This document shows positions 38,608 to 50,000 of a DNA stretch of 64,000 nucleotides, piece after piece. The position numbers and the translations under genes are program-made. Numbering within the stretch: position 1 is the stretch's first letter; each line of letters starts with the position of its first letter. The notes under the pieces are model-generated. The model ran no database searches. It saw only the letters and a program-made list of their open reading frames with translations, and was not told the DNA's origin. The DNA is from Nitrospirota bacterium. Its GTDB lineage: Bacteria > Nitrospirota > Thermodesulfovibrionia > Thermodesulfovibrionales > UBA9159. The stretch spans positions 320,001 through 384,000 of the forward strand of contig CAVOUE010000006.1 of NCBI GenBank assembly GCA_963699545.1. Direction: 5' to 3'.

Positions 38608-40095
38608 TTATCCGTTGTTTTTCTTCTCTTCCAGTTTGGCCCTGAGTATGTCCCCGAGACTCCCGAAGCTCCCCGACGAAGTTGAGTTTCTTGCGGATTC
38701 CTTGTATTCGTCGAACTCGTCCTGCGCAACCTTTTCGATCATGGCCTTGCGGCTGAGGCGGACCTTATTGTTTGCAGTATCCACATCAATCACTGCAACC
38801 TGCATCTCAGTGCCGGGAGGGAACATGCGCCTGTGGTCTGTCCCTGATGGTGTTCCCATCTCCGCGTTCGGAATCAGTCCTTTAATGCCGTTATTCATCT
38901 TCAAAAAAATTCCATAGGGCATTACCGTTTCAACTGTACCGTCGAGGATTTCTCCTACAGCGGGAAGGACGATCTTTGCAGGCTCGACCTTCGGCTGCAT
39001 GGAGAGTGAGATCTTCCTCTGCTGCTGGTCTACGGAGTGAACATAGACCTCCACCCATTGCCCGGAATCGACAACTTCCCTCGGATGGTTGATCCGCCTG
39101 CCGGCGCCGAGATTGGAGATGTGGATCAGACCTTCGACCCCCGCTTCAAGCCTTACAAAGGCGCCGAAGGGCAAGAGACGGATGATGGAGCCGCCTACCC
39201 TGCTGCCCACCGGGTATTTTTCGGCGGCTGAGACCCATGGATCAGGCTGCATCGCCTTCATGCTCAGGGTGAGACGGTTGCTCTCCCAATCTAAAGAGAT
39301 GATCTTTGCGGTTATGCTTTGACCGAGGGAGAGCACGTCACCGGGGGTTACACTCCTGTCCCAGGACATCTCGCTCACAGGGATCAGAGCATCGATGCCT
39401 CCCAGGTCCACAAAGGCACCGAACTTCTGTATTGATTTCACTGTGGCGGTGACTTCCATTCCCACTGCGAGGCTCTCCTTGAGGTTCTCGACCCTTGTCT
39501 GCCTCTCCTGTTCGAGGAGCACCTTTCTGGAGAGAACTATTTTTCCCCCCTCTTCCCCGTATTCCAATATCTTGAAGGGAAATGTCCGGCCGGGATAGAT
39601 GCCGCCTTCGTGTCCTCGCTTCAGGTCGATCTGGGAAAAGGGGCAGAAGCACCGTACCCCGCCGACCGATACCTCAAAGCCTCCCTTGATCTCCTGTTTC
39701 ACCTCGCCGTTAACCGGCACCCCTGCCTCGTATGCGTCCCTGATGGCGTTCAATGTTACGGCTGAGTATCCGCCAACAAGGGTTGTCAGTTTCATTAAAC
39801 CGTCCTGGACGGTCACAAAAAATGCCTCTACCTCGTCACCTTCACGGACACCGGTTGTTCCCTCCTTATCGATGAATTCAGCGAGGTCCACAGCCCCTTC
39901 ACTTTTTCCTCCGAGATCGATGTACACAAGGTCCCCTGATACACTTACGACCTTTGCCCTGACCTTCTGCCCGGGGTAAAGTCTTTCGCCCATACTGCTC
40001 TTGTCGAGCATTGAGGCAAAGTTTTCTTCCTGCTCTCCCTTCACCTCTGTGTTCCCGGTATCAGGAGAATTATTTGCGATATTCTCATCAGGCAT
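38608..40095 (-). CDS. rpsA: Ribosomal protein S1-like protein (five S1 domains)
   Basis: Repeated S1 motifs (IKGGFEV..FCPFSQID, FGAFVDLGGIDALIPVSEMSW, FGAFV..VEGLIHIS); C-terminal FGSLGDIL. May be a paralog. Confidence 0.85.
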   Translation of the reverse strand: MPDENIANNSPDTGNTEVKGEQEENFASMLDKSSMGERLYPGQKVRAKVVSVSGDLVYIDLGGKSEGAVDLAEFIDKEGTTGVREGDEVEAFFVTVQDGLMKLTTLVGGYSAVTLNAIRDAYEAGVPVNGEVKQEIKGGFEVSVGGVRCFCPFSQIDLKRGHEGGIYPGRTFPFKILEYGEEGGKIVLSRKVLLEQERQTRVENLKESLAVGMEVTATVKSIQKFGAFVDLGGIDALIPVSEMSWDRSVTPGDVLSLGQSITAKIISLDWESNRLTLSMKAMQPDPWVSAAEKYPVGSRVGGSIIRLLPFGAFVRLEAGVEGLIHISNLGAGRRINHPREVVDSGQWVEVYVHSVDQQQRKISLSMQPKVEPAKIVLPAVGEILDGTVETVMPYGIFLKMNNGIKGLIPNAEMGTPSGTDHRRMFPPGTEMQVAVIDVDTANNKVRLSRKAMIEKVAQDEFDEYKESARNSTSSGSFGSLGDILRAKLEEKKNNG

Positions 40096-40590
40096 GATTT
40101 TCTACCTCTCTGCAAACAATTAAGATCTTCTCCACTCACTATACCCTTCGGGGTTATGACCATAACCTGGCAGGCAAAGAAAAACATGGAACTGAAGTTT
40201 AATAGATTTGTGATACATGAGTCAATGCCATGCGGGGGAAAGATTTTCTGAGTTCGAAATCTTCCATCACGGGAAAGACCGGCGTACAAGACAAGAACGA
40301 GAACATACCCTGAAGAACCATAATCAATTTCCTTGCAAACGCTTGCCGCCTTCTTGCATGCAATAGCTTACATTGATATGCAAGTTATTGCATGACTAGA
40401 GGTGTAAGTTCACTCGTAGTTTCTTTAAAATCAAACAACTTAACTCCCGGAACGGTATTTGCTTCTCTATTGTACGGATTACGATAATAGGACCATCCCT
40501 TGGCCAGTTTCGAGGACTTGCATGGTCACTGGCTATCCCCTGAAAGCGGGGCACCGAAGAATGACTTCGAAAAGACCCGAAGGAGGCATT

Positions 40591-41097
40591 ATGATGAACG
40601 CCGTCAAGATAGCGATCAAGACAGAGACTGATGCCATAGCCTTTTATGAGGAAGCGGCACAAAAGACCAGCCACCCCATTGGGAAAAAGATGTTCCTTTC
40701 GATCATGGAAGACGAGAAGAACCACGTTGAAGACTTCAAGTGTATCCTCAACGGGCTTCATCTGAAAGTCCGTGATGCGGTGAGCCGGATGAGAAAGATA
40801 AAGACCGTGTTTGAAGGAAACCGGGATGCCTTCCTTGGCAGGATCAGGGCAGCAACAGATGAGATGGAGGCCCTGAAAGTGGCGATGCAGATGGAAAAGG
40901 AGAGCATAGAGTTCTACAAGAGGCTTTCAAAGAAGGTGAAAACCCCAAAGGAAAGGGCGCTCTTCGAAAGGCTTGTCAGGGAAGAACAGCACCACTATGC
41001 CATATTCTCCGAAACCTATTTTTTCCTGGCGAACTCTGAAAGCTGGTTTCTGTGGGAAGAGCACAGCATTGTGGACGGCGGCACTCCGTGGGCATGA
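40591..41097 (+). CDS. Ferritin-like / rubrerythrin diiron domain protein
   Basis: Duplicated E..(FY)..ExxH pattern (EDEKNH, EEQHH); AGGAGG before ATG 40591; no rubredoxin domain. Confidence 0.85.
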   Translation: MMNAVKIAIKTETDAIAFYEEAAQKTSHPIGKKMFLSIMEDEKNHVEDFKCILNGLHLKVRDAVSRMRKIKTVFEGNRDAFLGRIRAATDEMEALKVAMQMEKESIEFYKRLSKKVKTPKERALFERLVREEQHHYAIFSETYFFLANSESWFLWEEHSIVDGGTPWA

Positions 41098-41445
41098 CGG
41101 ACGAAAATGGATAGAAGAGAACCCGGTTCCCGGGGAAACCTCCAAGGTCTCCCCTTTTCAGCATGGAGGTTTCTGTGCTGAGCCCGCGGGGACTTTGACG
41201 TTATCCTTCCTTCTTCCTCCCTCTCTTCCAGAACCTGATATAAATCTTAATAATGGTATAATAACAGAGTTGGTAAGAACGGGCATGGTGCGCTATTATT
41301 CTGTAAGGACGGCAGGAAAAGTGTATCGATAGGAGGGATATCCCTCAGCAGAAGAACGAACCCTTTCCTCACCTGCATGTTTCACTGTTATCGCAGCACG
41401 ATCAAGTAACGAGGTTACATAGACGGTGTTAACCCAAGGAGGACA

Positions 41446-44400
41446 ATGACGATGAGCAGAAGGATGGTGACTGTTGATGGCTGCACAGCATGCGCACACG
41501 TGGTGCATGCGACAAACGAGATTATCACGATTTATCCCATAACCCCTTCTTCCCCTATCGCAGAGATATGCGATGCGAAGTCTGCTGCGGGTAAGGTGAA
41601 TATCTGGGGATCCGTTCCTCTCGTGAGCCAGATGCAGTCAGAGGCGGGTGTGGCGGGGTCGGTTCACGGTTCTCTCACTACCGGGGCATTGACCACAACG
41701 ATCTCCGCTTCGCAGGGCCTCCTCCTGATCATGCCGAACATGTTCAAGATAGCGGGAGAGCTCACGCCGACGGTCTTTCATGTGACGGCCCGCTCCCTTG
41801 CCGCCCAGGCGCTCTGCATCTTTGGGGACCACTCCGACGTTATGGCGGCCCGCGCCACCGGTTTTGCGATGCTGTGCTCACGGGATGTCCAGGAAACGAT
41901 GGACTTTGCGCTTATCGCGCAGGCTGCGACCCTTGAATCACGGATCCCCTTCGTTCACTTCTTTGACGGTTTCAGAACTTCCCATGAGGTCCAGAAGATC
42001 GAGGAACTCACCTTGGATGACATGAGGGCTATGATAGACAGCGACCTCGTTATCGCCCATCGCATGAGGGCGCTTACCCCCGACCGTCCCATGTTACGCG
42101 GTACCGCCCAGAACCCGGATGTCTATTTCCAGGGGAGGGAAACGGTGAACAGTTTCTATAATGCGACCCCGGCGATCGTGCAGAAGGTCATGGACAGGTT
42201 TGCCGGAGTGGTCGGCAGACAGTACAGGCTCTTTGACTACTACGGCCACCCCGAAGCCGAGCGCGTGGTCGTCATTATGGGTTCGGGAGGAGAAACCGTG
42301 CTGAGCACGATCAATACCCTGAACGCCAAAGGGGAAAGACTGGGACTCGTTCAGGTGAGGCTCTTCAGGCCCTTTGATACCGATGCCCTTGTCGCGGCTC
42401 TTCCTGCCAGCGTGAAATCCATCGCGGTCCTGGACCGCACGAAGGAGCCCGGAGCCGTCGGCGAGCCCCTCTACCTTGATGTCAGGACATCGATCGGTGA
42501 GGCGATGGAGAGGGGGATCTCGCGGTTCACGACGTATCCCACGATCGTGGGAGGCCGTTACGGTCTCGGCTCGAAAGAGTTCACGCCCGCCATGGCAAAG
42601 GCCGTATTGGATAACCTGTCTGCGGCCAGGCCGAAGAACCACTTTACGGTCGGCATAAACGACGATGTCGCGGGGACAAGCCTCGGATATGACGAGTCCT
42701 TTACCGTTGAAGGGAAGGGCGCTTACCGGGCGATGTTCTACGGGCTGGGCGCCGATGGCACGGTCGGGGCGAACAAGAATACGATAAAGATCATCGGTTC
42801 CGAAACCGATAACTTACGCCCAGGGGTATTTCGTCTATGACTCGAAAAAATCCGGCTCCATCACCACGTCTCACCTCCGTTTCGGCAAGGAGAAAATACT
42901 CAACCCCTATCTCCTGTCGAACGCCGACTTCATCGCCTGCCACAACCCCACGTTCCTCGAAAAATATGATATGCTCTCCCGCGCGGAGAACGGGGCGACC
43001 TTCCTCCTTACCACCTCCCATCCGAAGGACGAGATATGGGACACCCTCCCCGCTGAAGTACAGGAGCAGCTCATTGCGAAGAATATGAAGTTTTACATCA
43101 TCGATGCCATATCCCTCGCCGAGGAGATCGGACTCGGGGCCAGGATCAATATGATCATGCAGACGGCGTTCTTCGTCATCTCGGGGATCATTCCGAAAGA
43201 GGAAGCGATCAGGGCGATCAAGACCGAGATCAAGAAGACCTACATGAAGAAGGGGCAGAAGGTCCTCGACATGAACTATGCCGCGGTCGATAAGGCCCTC
43301 CAGAACATCGTTGAAGTCCCCGTCCCCCGCAAGGCCACGAGCGCGATACGGATGAAACCGCCGGTGCCCGGTGACGCTCCGGAGTTCGTCAGGGCTGTGA
43401 CAGCAAAGATGATCGCGGGCAAGGGCGATGAGCTGCCCGTTTCCGCCATGCCCGCCGACGGAACCTGGCCGACGGGTACGACACAGTATGAGAAGCGGAA
43501 CATCGGCGTACATATCCCGGTATGGGAGCCCGATATCTGCATTCAGTGCGGCCAATGCTCCTTTGTCTGTCCGCACGCAACGATACGGATCAAGGCTTAT
43601 GACACGGGCCTCTTGAAAGACGCTCCGTCAGGGTTCAGGTCCGTGGATGCCAAGGGAAAGGAACTGGAGGGCCTGAAGTTCACGGTACAGGTGGCGCCCG
43701 AGGACTGCACCGGCTGCGGTTCCTGCGTGTTCGTCTGTCCGGGCTCAAAGAAAGACGCCGAAGGCAAGAAGATCCCCGGGTTCAAGGCGATCAACATGAA
43801 GCTCCAGGAACCGCTGAGAGCTCAGGAGGCAGGGTATTACTCGTTCTTCCTCGGTCTCCCTGAAACAGACCCCTCACGATATAGCAGAGCGACACTTAAG
43901 GGAAGCCAGTTCGTGAAGCCCCTCTTTGAATACAGCGGCGCTTGTGCGGGATGCGGAGAAACGCCGTATCTGAAACTGCTTACCCAGCTCTTTGGTGACC
44001 GCCTGCTCATCGCCAATGCGACCGGCTGCTCATCAATTTACGGCGGCAACCTGCCGACGACACCATATGCAAAACGGGCCGACGGCAGGGGACCTGCATG
44101 GTCGAATTCTCTCTTCGAAGACAACGCCGAATTCGGCCTCGGGATGAGGCTGACGGCGGACAAGTTCAATGCCCAGGCTCTCGAAATCATGGACAAGCTC
44201 GCTCAAAATCCTTCCTATGCCGATGCACGGGAACTCTTCGATTCCATAAGAAATGCCGATCAGGCAACACAGGAAAGGATCGAAGAACAGAGGGCCCGTG
44301 TCGGGGAACTGAAAAAGAGATGCTCGAAAGACAGCTCGCCGGAGGCAAAGAGCCTCTCCTCCCTCGCCGATTACCTCGTCAGGAAATCGGTCTGGGCGGT

Positions 44401-45043
44401 GGGCGGAGACGGGTGGGCATATGACATCGGCTACGGAGGGCTCGACCAGGTCCTTGCATCGGGGAAAAACATTAACATCCTGATCCTCGATACGGAGGTC
44501 TACTCGAATACGGGAGGACAGATGTCCAAGTCCACTCCGCTTGCTGCTACCGCCCAGTTTGCGGCCGGAGGAAAGAGGACGCCGAAAAAGAACATTGGCC
44601 TGATCATGGCTACGTACGGAAACGTGTACGTCGCTCAGATCGCGTTCGGCGCCAATCCTGCCCAGGCGGTGAAGGCGTTCGCCGAGGCCGAGGCATACAA
44701 CGGGCCGTCGCTGATCATCGCTTACTCGACCTGCATCGCGCAGGGCATCGATATGAGCAAGGGTGTCGAAGAGCAGAAAAAGGCTGTCGCCTGCGGCCAC
44801 TGGCCTCTCTACCGGTATAACCCGACACTGGAGGGACAGGGCAAGAGCCCTCTCATTATCGACAGCAAGGAGCCGACGATCTCCTTCGAGGAATATGCGT
44901 ATAATGAGAACCGATACAGCGCATTGAGGGCGAGCAATCCGGAACTGGCAGCTGCACTGATGAAAGAGGCTGAGGCGGATGTGAAGCGGAGATGGAAATA
45001 CTTGAAGCACAGGGCATCGTGGTCTCCCTCGGAACAGGGGTAG
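41446..45043 (+). CDS. nifJ: Pyruvate:ferredoxin (flavodoxin) oxidoreductase, single chain; apparent +1 frameshift at about 42814
   Basis: YPITPSS, MQSEAG, GLGADGTVGANKN; removing one T restores NYAQGYFVYDSKKSG. Two 4Fe-4S motifs (CIQCGQC, CTGCGSC), GACAGCGE and GGDGWAYDIG. Confidence 0.96.
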
Positions 45044-45140
45044 GCGCAGGCATTGGCACGCGTTTCCTTTGCAGGACGACGTTTCCGTGAGAAATGCCCC
45101 GAGGCCGCAGGCTGCCGGCATGAATACAGAGGAGGTTGAT

Positions 45141-45623
45141 ATGGATATATACGAATTTGCGATGAAGATGGAAAAGGACGGAGAGACCTATTATCGTGAA
45201 TTGGCAACGAAGACGGTGAATCACGGGCTCGGCAACATATTCACCATGCTCGCCAATACCGAAGTGATCCACTACAAGGTCTTTCAGAAGATGAAGGAGC
45301 ATCAGAAGATCGAAGTGCCCCCTACGACAATCCTGTCCGGGGTGAAAAACGTCTTCGAAAAGATGAAAGAGGAAGATGATACCAATGTGAATATGGCTGA
45401 GACAGAATGGTACAGGAAGGCACAGGAGATCGAAAAGGCCTCGCGGGACTTCTACCTCAAGGAGGCGGGTGAGGTGGAAAGGGCCGACCAAAAACAGACC
45501 TTTCTCAGGATCGCCGAGGAAGAAAAAAGACACTACCTCATCCTGGAGAAGATAATCGACTTTGTATCGAGGCCCCAGACCTGGCTCGAGGACGGGGAGT
45601 GGTATCACCTGGAAGAATATTAG
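45141..45623 (+). CDS. Ferritin-like / rubrerythrin diiron domain protein
   Basis: AMKMEKDGETYY, EVIH, EKASRDFY and EEEKRH motifs; GGAGG RBS. Confidence 0.88.
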   Translation: MDIYEFAMKMEKDGETYYRELATKTVNHGLGNIFTMLANTEVIHYKVFQKMKEHQKIEVPPTTILSGVKNVFEKMKEEDDTNVNMAETEWYRKAQEIEKASRDFYLKEAGEVERADQKQTFLRIAEEEKRHYLILEKIIDFVSRPQTWLEDGEWYHLEEY

Positions 45624-45647
45624 GAGGGGAAACTGCGGTATGAAAGC

Positions 45648-45680
45648 ACAAAAAGGGCACGGAATTCGTGCCCTTTTTGT
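45648..45680. terminator. Bidirectional intrinsic terminator
   Basis: ACAAAAAGGGCACG / CGTGCCCTTTTTGT inverted repeat between convergent genes. Confidence 0.85.
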
Positions 45681-45697
45681 TTGAACCGACCGACAGA

Positions 45698-46150
45698 TCA
45701 GTAGCCTCCTGTTTTCTTCTTCTCTGCAGGAGCTGCAGGCTTCTTCTCTTCAGCCTTGGGAGCAGCGGGAGCTGCTTCCTTCTTCTCCATCTTCTTCTCA
45801 GCGGTCTTCTTGCCGGCGACGCTGGTTGCTATGTTCTTGCCGTCCATCTCTTTGTACTTCACGGTGACCTTGTCCCCCGTCTTAACGTCGGCAAGCTTGG
45901 CAACTGCCTTCTCATCAACGGAAAAAGCCATATCACCCTTCTTTCCCTTTACGGTGAGGGTCTTTGCCTTTGCATCAACTGCAACAACCTCTCCGGTCAT
46001 ATGCTTTATCTTTGCAGGAGCCTTCTCCTCAGCCTTTGCAGGGGCTGCCTTATCGGCAGGGGCTGCTGCCTTCTGCTCTGCGGCGAAGGAGAGACCTGCC
46101 ACGGAAAGAATGAAGAGTACTGATACTACAATGGCGATTACCTTTTTCAT
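45698..46150 (-). CDS. Small exported Lys/Ala-rich protein with OB-fold-like core
   Basis: Signal peptide; TGEVVAVDAKAKTLTV...VKTGDKVTVKY core flanked by KAEEK/APA repeats; strong GGAGGTG RBS. Confidence 0.8.
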   Translation of the reverse strand: MKKVIAIVVSVLFILSVAGLSFAAEQKAAAPADKAAPAKAEEKAPAKIKHMTGEVVAVDAKAKTLTVKGKKGDMAFSVDEKAVAKLADVKTGDKVTVKYKEMDGKNIATSVAGKKTAEKKMEKKEAAPAAPKAEEKKPAAPAEKKKTGGY

Positions 46151-46369
46151 GGAATTCACCTCCTTTCAATTTTTTTTTCGTCCTGAAGTTGTCTATACAC
46201 AAGATTTATGCCAAGGGGAAAGAAGCACAACAAAAGAAGTTTGAGTCGCAGAATCAAGGGGTTCCGGGCATGTTCTTTTTGCGTGGTTCGGTCCGGAGAA
46301 CTCTGCTGTTCCCATTTAGGAAATATATTCCTTTTTTGGGGAAGGCTGCAGTTTACATTGTCAAATGCA

Positions 46370-46993
46370 TCACTTCCTGACCCAGTTTCCGTCAGAGCTC
46401 TGAATCCACCACCCCTTCTTGGCAGAATCCCGCCGTATAGACGCAAATTGTTCAGTGGCCTGGGGCATGACCTGTTTAAGGTTCTCCTCGGTTTCAGGTA
46501 CCCTATTGATCCGTATAATCGCCCTCGCCATGCCGTTGATCACTGTCCTCCTGTTTGCATTTTCCATCTCAACGATATTCCTGTCAGCAGGAGAAAGTGT
46601 CTTCTCCCTCTCCATGAGCATCCCCTTATTCCCTTCACCCACAGCCCCGCTGTCCCTCAGCCTGTCGGTATCGGCTATCCTTGCGCCCATTTCCCTGTAT
46701 GCATTCACCACATCCGGCATCTTCTTCACGATCTCTGAAATCTTCTCAGAAAGTCCTGCTTCCTGCGCATAGGCAGAGGGTACCAGTTCAAAAAGTATCG
46801 AACTCTGAGGCTTGCCCTCGGGTTTAGGTTCGCGGTTCTTCTCCTCAGGAGCCATCAACTCTTTCTCCAGTGCTTTGTAAGCCTCCTTTACGTCTTTTTC
46901 GGGAAAGTAGATGTTCACAGTGATCACGGCACATGATGCAACAACGAAAAACAGTCCAAAGGTGACAAACGTAATGCTCCTTTTCATAGCCAT
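46370..46993 (-). CDS. YdbL/DUF1318 family lipoprotein with YnbE-like N-terminus
   Basis: Lipobox VASC; ITVNIYF; GAVGEGNKGML, ENANRR and GWWIQ..DGNW motifs. Confidence 0.8.
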   Translation of the reverse strand: MAMKRSITFVTFGLFFVVASCAVITVNIYFPEKDVKEAYKALEKELMAPEEKNREPKPEGKPQSSILFELVPSAYAQEAGLSEKISEIVKKMPDVVNAYREMGARIADTDRLRDSGAVGEGNKGMLMEREKTLSPADRNIVEMENANRRTVINGMARAIIRINRVPETEENLKQVMPQATEQFASIRRDSAKKGWWIQSSDGNWVRK

Positions 46994-47030
46994 TCCTCCC
47001 TTGTGCGTTATTTGAATTCCCAATCCCTCT

Positions 47031-50000
47031 CTATTGCTTGTCACCGGCCCTCTGCGCCGCTTCAGTAACTGTCCAGAGCAGATGGTTAATCTCGATCCGG
47101 TTGTTAAAGGGCGCGACTTTCACGGAGAGGTCGGTAACGCCAACCATGTTCCTGTGAGATATCTCCAGTTCCCTGAAGATCACAAAGCCGTTCTGGAGAT
47201 AAAGGCCCATCACCCCTTTGTCAAAGCTCCTGTCCTCGATGTATGCCTTCAGAGACGGGCCTCCGATCTTCTGGAGGAACTCCCTGCTCACCTTTGTCTT
47301 CTCGCCGCCGGAACTGTATGACCGGAAATCGGCCTTGCCTATGAGACGGGAAACGCCCGCACCGGAACCCTTGACAGTAGCAGTGCCATCCACCTTTCCC
47401 GATATATAGCCCTTGAGCGGTTCGATCTCTTCACAGAGCTGTGCAAGGCTGAGTCCCTCAAGAAGAATGCCTGCCCGGTACGTGAGCCCGTCAGAAAAAT
47501 CGACGCGGGCTGAGCCATTCAGCTTTCCTCCAAACATGTTAGCACTAAGGCGGCCGATATTCAAACCGTTCTCCTCCTGCTTGACCCAGATATTCACTGC
47601 GTCCAGAATTCTGAAGCCGTATCGAAGGGAATTGATGGTTATCTTTTGATAGCCATCCTCCACGAACTCCCGTGAATAATGTCTGCTGAGCGCTGTAAAT
47701 TCCGAAGGCTCAAAAGAAGGCATGCCGGTGATATTCTGAGCGTGGTGCGCTGTGTCATACTGAAAGGGAACAATGCCATTGATCGCTCCCACCGAATATT
47801 CGCCGTTCTCTCCCTGCAGAAGCACATTGGCGAGCCGTATCGTTCCCGTTGCCTTCATCCCGTGGTCGGAATGCTCCATGGCAACGTCAGACGACAGATA
47901 TCCGTCAAGTCCTCCATAGAGAAGCCCCTCGGGAAAGATATCCCATAATGAAGTTCTTATGTCTGTCAATTTAGTTTCCGGCAGGAGCGCCTTCATGGTG
48001 ACAACTCTCTCCTTCTCCGCAAACCTCTTTACCTCTCCTGAAGCCGCTGCGCGTATGCTTCCAGCAGCCATGTCCGTTCTGAACCCGCAATCCCTTCCTT
48101 TACAGATAATCTCTGCGTCGAGTCCCGCACCCTTTACTATTGTTTTCTTGTTATCTTTCTTTACAAGGGAGAGATTTTTTGTCCCTATCAGGATTTTTCC
48201 CTGAAGTGATTCAGGAGAATCCATGGTCCCGTTAAAGGCAGCATGCTCCAGGGTCCCTGATGCGGCGTAACTGAGTTTATTGAATTGAGAAGCTCCAGCA
48301 AGGACTCCCAGATCAATACCTCCCGCATGAATGTCCGCATTCAACGGAAACGGTCCCCTTGATACTTTTCCCTTTGCGCTCAGCGATGCCCTGCCCCCTG
48401 CAATCTCGGCAAGAGGGAGAGAAAGGGAAAAATCGTTTTCATCAAAACGTACAGAGCCGGAGGTTACCCTTGCAGGGATGCCCTGAAACGTAATGTTCCC
48501 CGATGACAGAGCTATCTCACCCGAAACCGCCTTCTTGTCCGTGCGCAGATTAAGAACAATATCTGTATTGTCCACTCGGAATTCCCTTGCCGGGTAAAGG
48601 GCGCTCATGTCCTTGATCTCTACTGACCAGGCAGACTGCCTTTCATGCCTCTTTACATCGATCCTGCCCACAGATGCTCTTGCCTCTCCCGAATTGAGCT
48701 TGAGATCTCTGATGGCAATCAGCCCTTTCCGGTAATCCACATAAAGGCTTCCGTTGAAAGAGGGGATTTTATAATCACCAAATGTTATGCCCTTCATTCC
48801 GACGGTGCCCTTGCCCGCGAATAACGCGCCATGCACAAGGGTCCCCTCCACCGAAGAGTCCATTCTGTCCATGAGAAGACTCGTGCCATCCTGCGTCTTC
48901 AGGCTCACGGACGAGAGATGGATATCTGACGTTGTTGCCATCCTCTCAGGGCCTCCCCTGGCTTTGAGGGAAAGGGACGCATCAACGGGGATGTCTGCGC
49001 CGTAGCCCCGCAGAGAGAGAATTTTTGCGGACAGAACAGTATTGACAGACATCTCCGTGCCTGTGGAAAACGTGATCTCTGCATCGGCCTTTTCGATATG
49101 GATATCAGACGACCTGACCGCCCCGCCCCTGAGCCTTATTGCACCCGACACTTCGGACACCCTGTTGCCTGGAGAGCCTTTGATTCTAACCCCACCAGAT
49201 GTCACTTCTCCCCTGATCTCCGTTCCCTTTATAATATTAAAAAGTGAAAGGTCGATCTTCCCAATCGTGACGTCCGCAACATACGAGGGATGTTTCCCTA
49301 TGTCCATAAACGATCCTTTCAGATGCATCAGAGATACATTGTCCTGATACAAAGAAAGGTCATTCACTATGAAAGAACTTTCCCGGTTATCGTAAAATGC
49401 ATCGGACTCCAGACGGACACCTCTTTTGTCTTTGTAAAACGGGAGAAAGCCTCCCTCCTTAAACCGCATACGCGAGGTGACCCTGCACCCTTTCACCGCA
49501 TCCCCTTCAGCATTGACCTTGAGGGCCGCCCTCACTCTTTCAGCATCGACGCGGTACCTCTCCAGGATTTTCTTGAATGCAGAGAAAGAAAGATCGTCGG
49601 CGGAAAAAGATACATTGTAATGCTTATCGGCACTGTTCAGATGTGCCCATCCCTCTATCTGTACGGCGTTGCCGGCGTATGACAGGGCACCGCTCAGGAG
49701 CGTTCTGGCGTCTTCACGGGAAGAGAGATTTTTCATGGAGAGATCGATATCCCTGCCCATCGTCATGAGAGAGTTATCGAAGGAAACAGTTCCCGAACGT
49801 ATCCTGAGCTCATCAATCTGGTACTTCGTCGTACCCTTTTTTGAGAGGAAGCTCTTCAGTTCGTCCGATACATTCATCCCCCCTTTTTCCCCTGTTATCA
49901 GGGTAAGCTCGGGGGAGCGGACTTCGATATCCCTAAAGGAGAACCTGCCCCTGACAAGTTCCCGCCATCTCGGGCCGAGGGCAAGTCTCTTTACTCTGAG

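Noticed and set aside
40207-40226. TTGTGA-N6-AGTCAA as a Rex/CRP site
   Set aside because: Right half-site is poor and coincides with a plausible -35 (TTGACT, minus strand) of the S1 gene.
45053-45073. TTGGCACG...TTGCA as a sigma54 promoter
   Set aside because: GG-to-GC spacing exceeds the required 10 nt.
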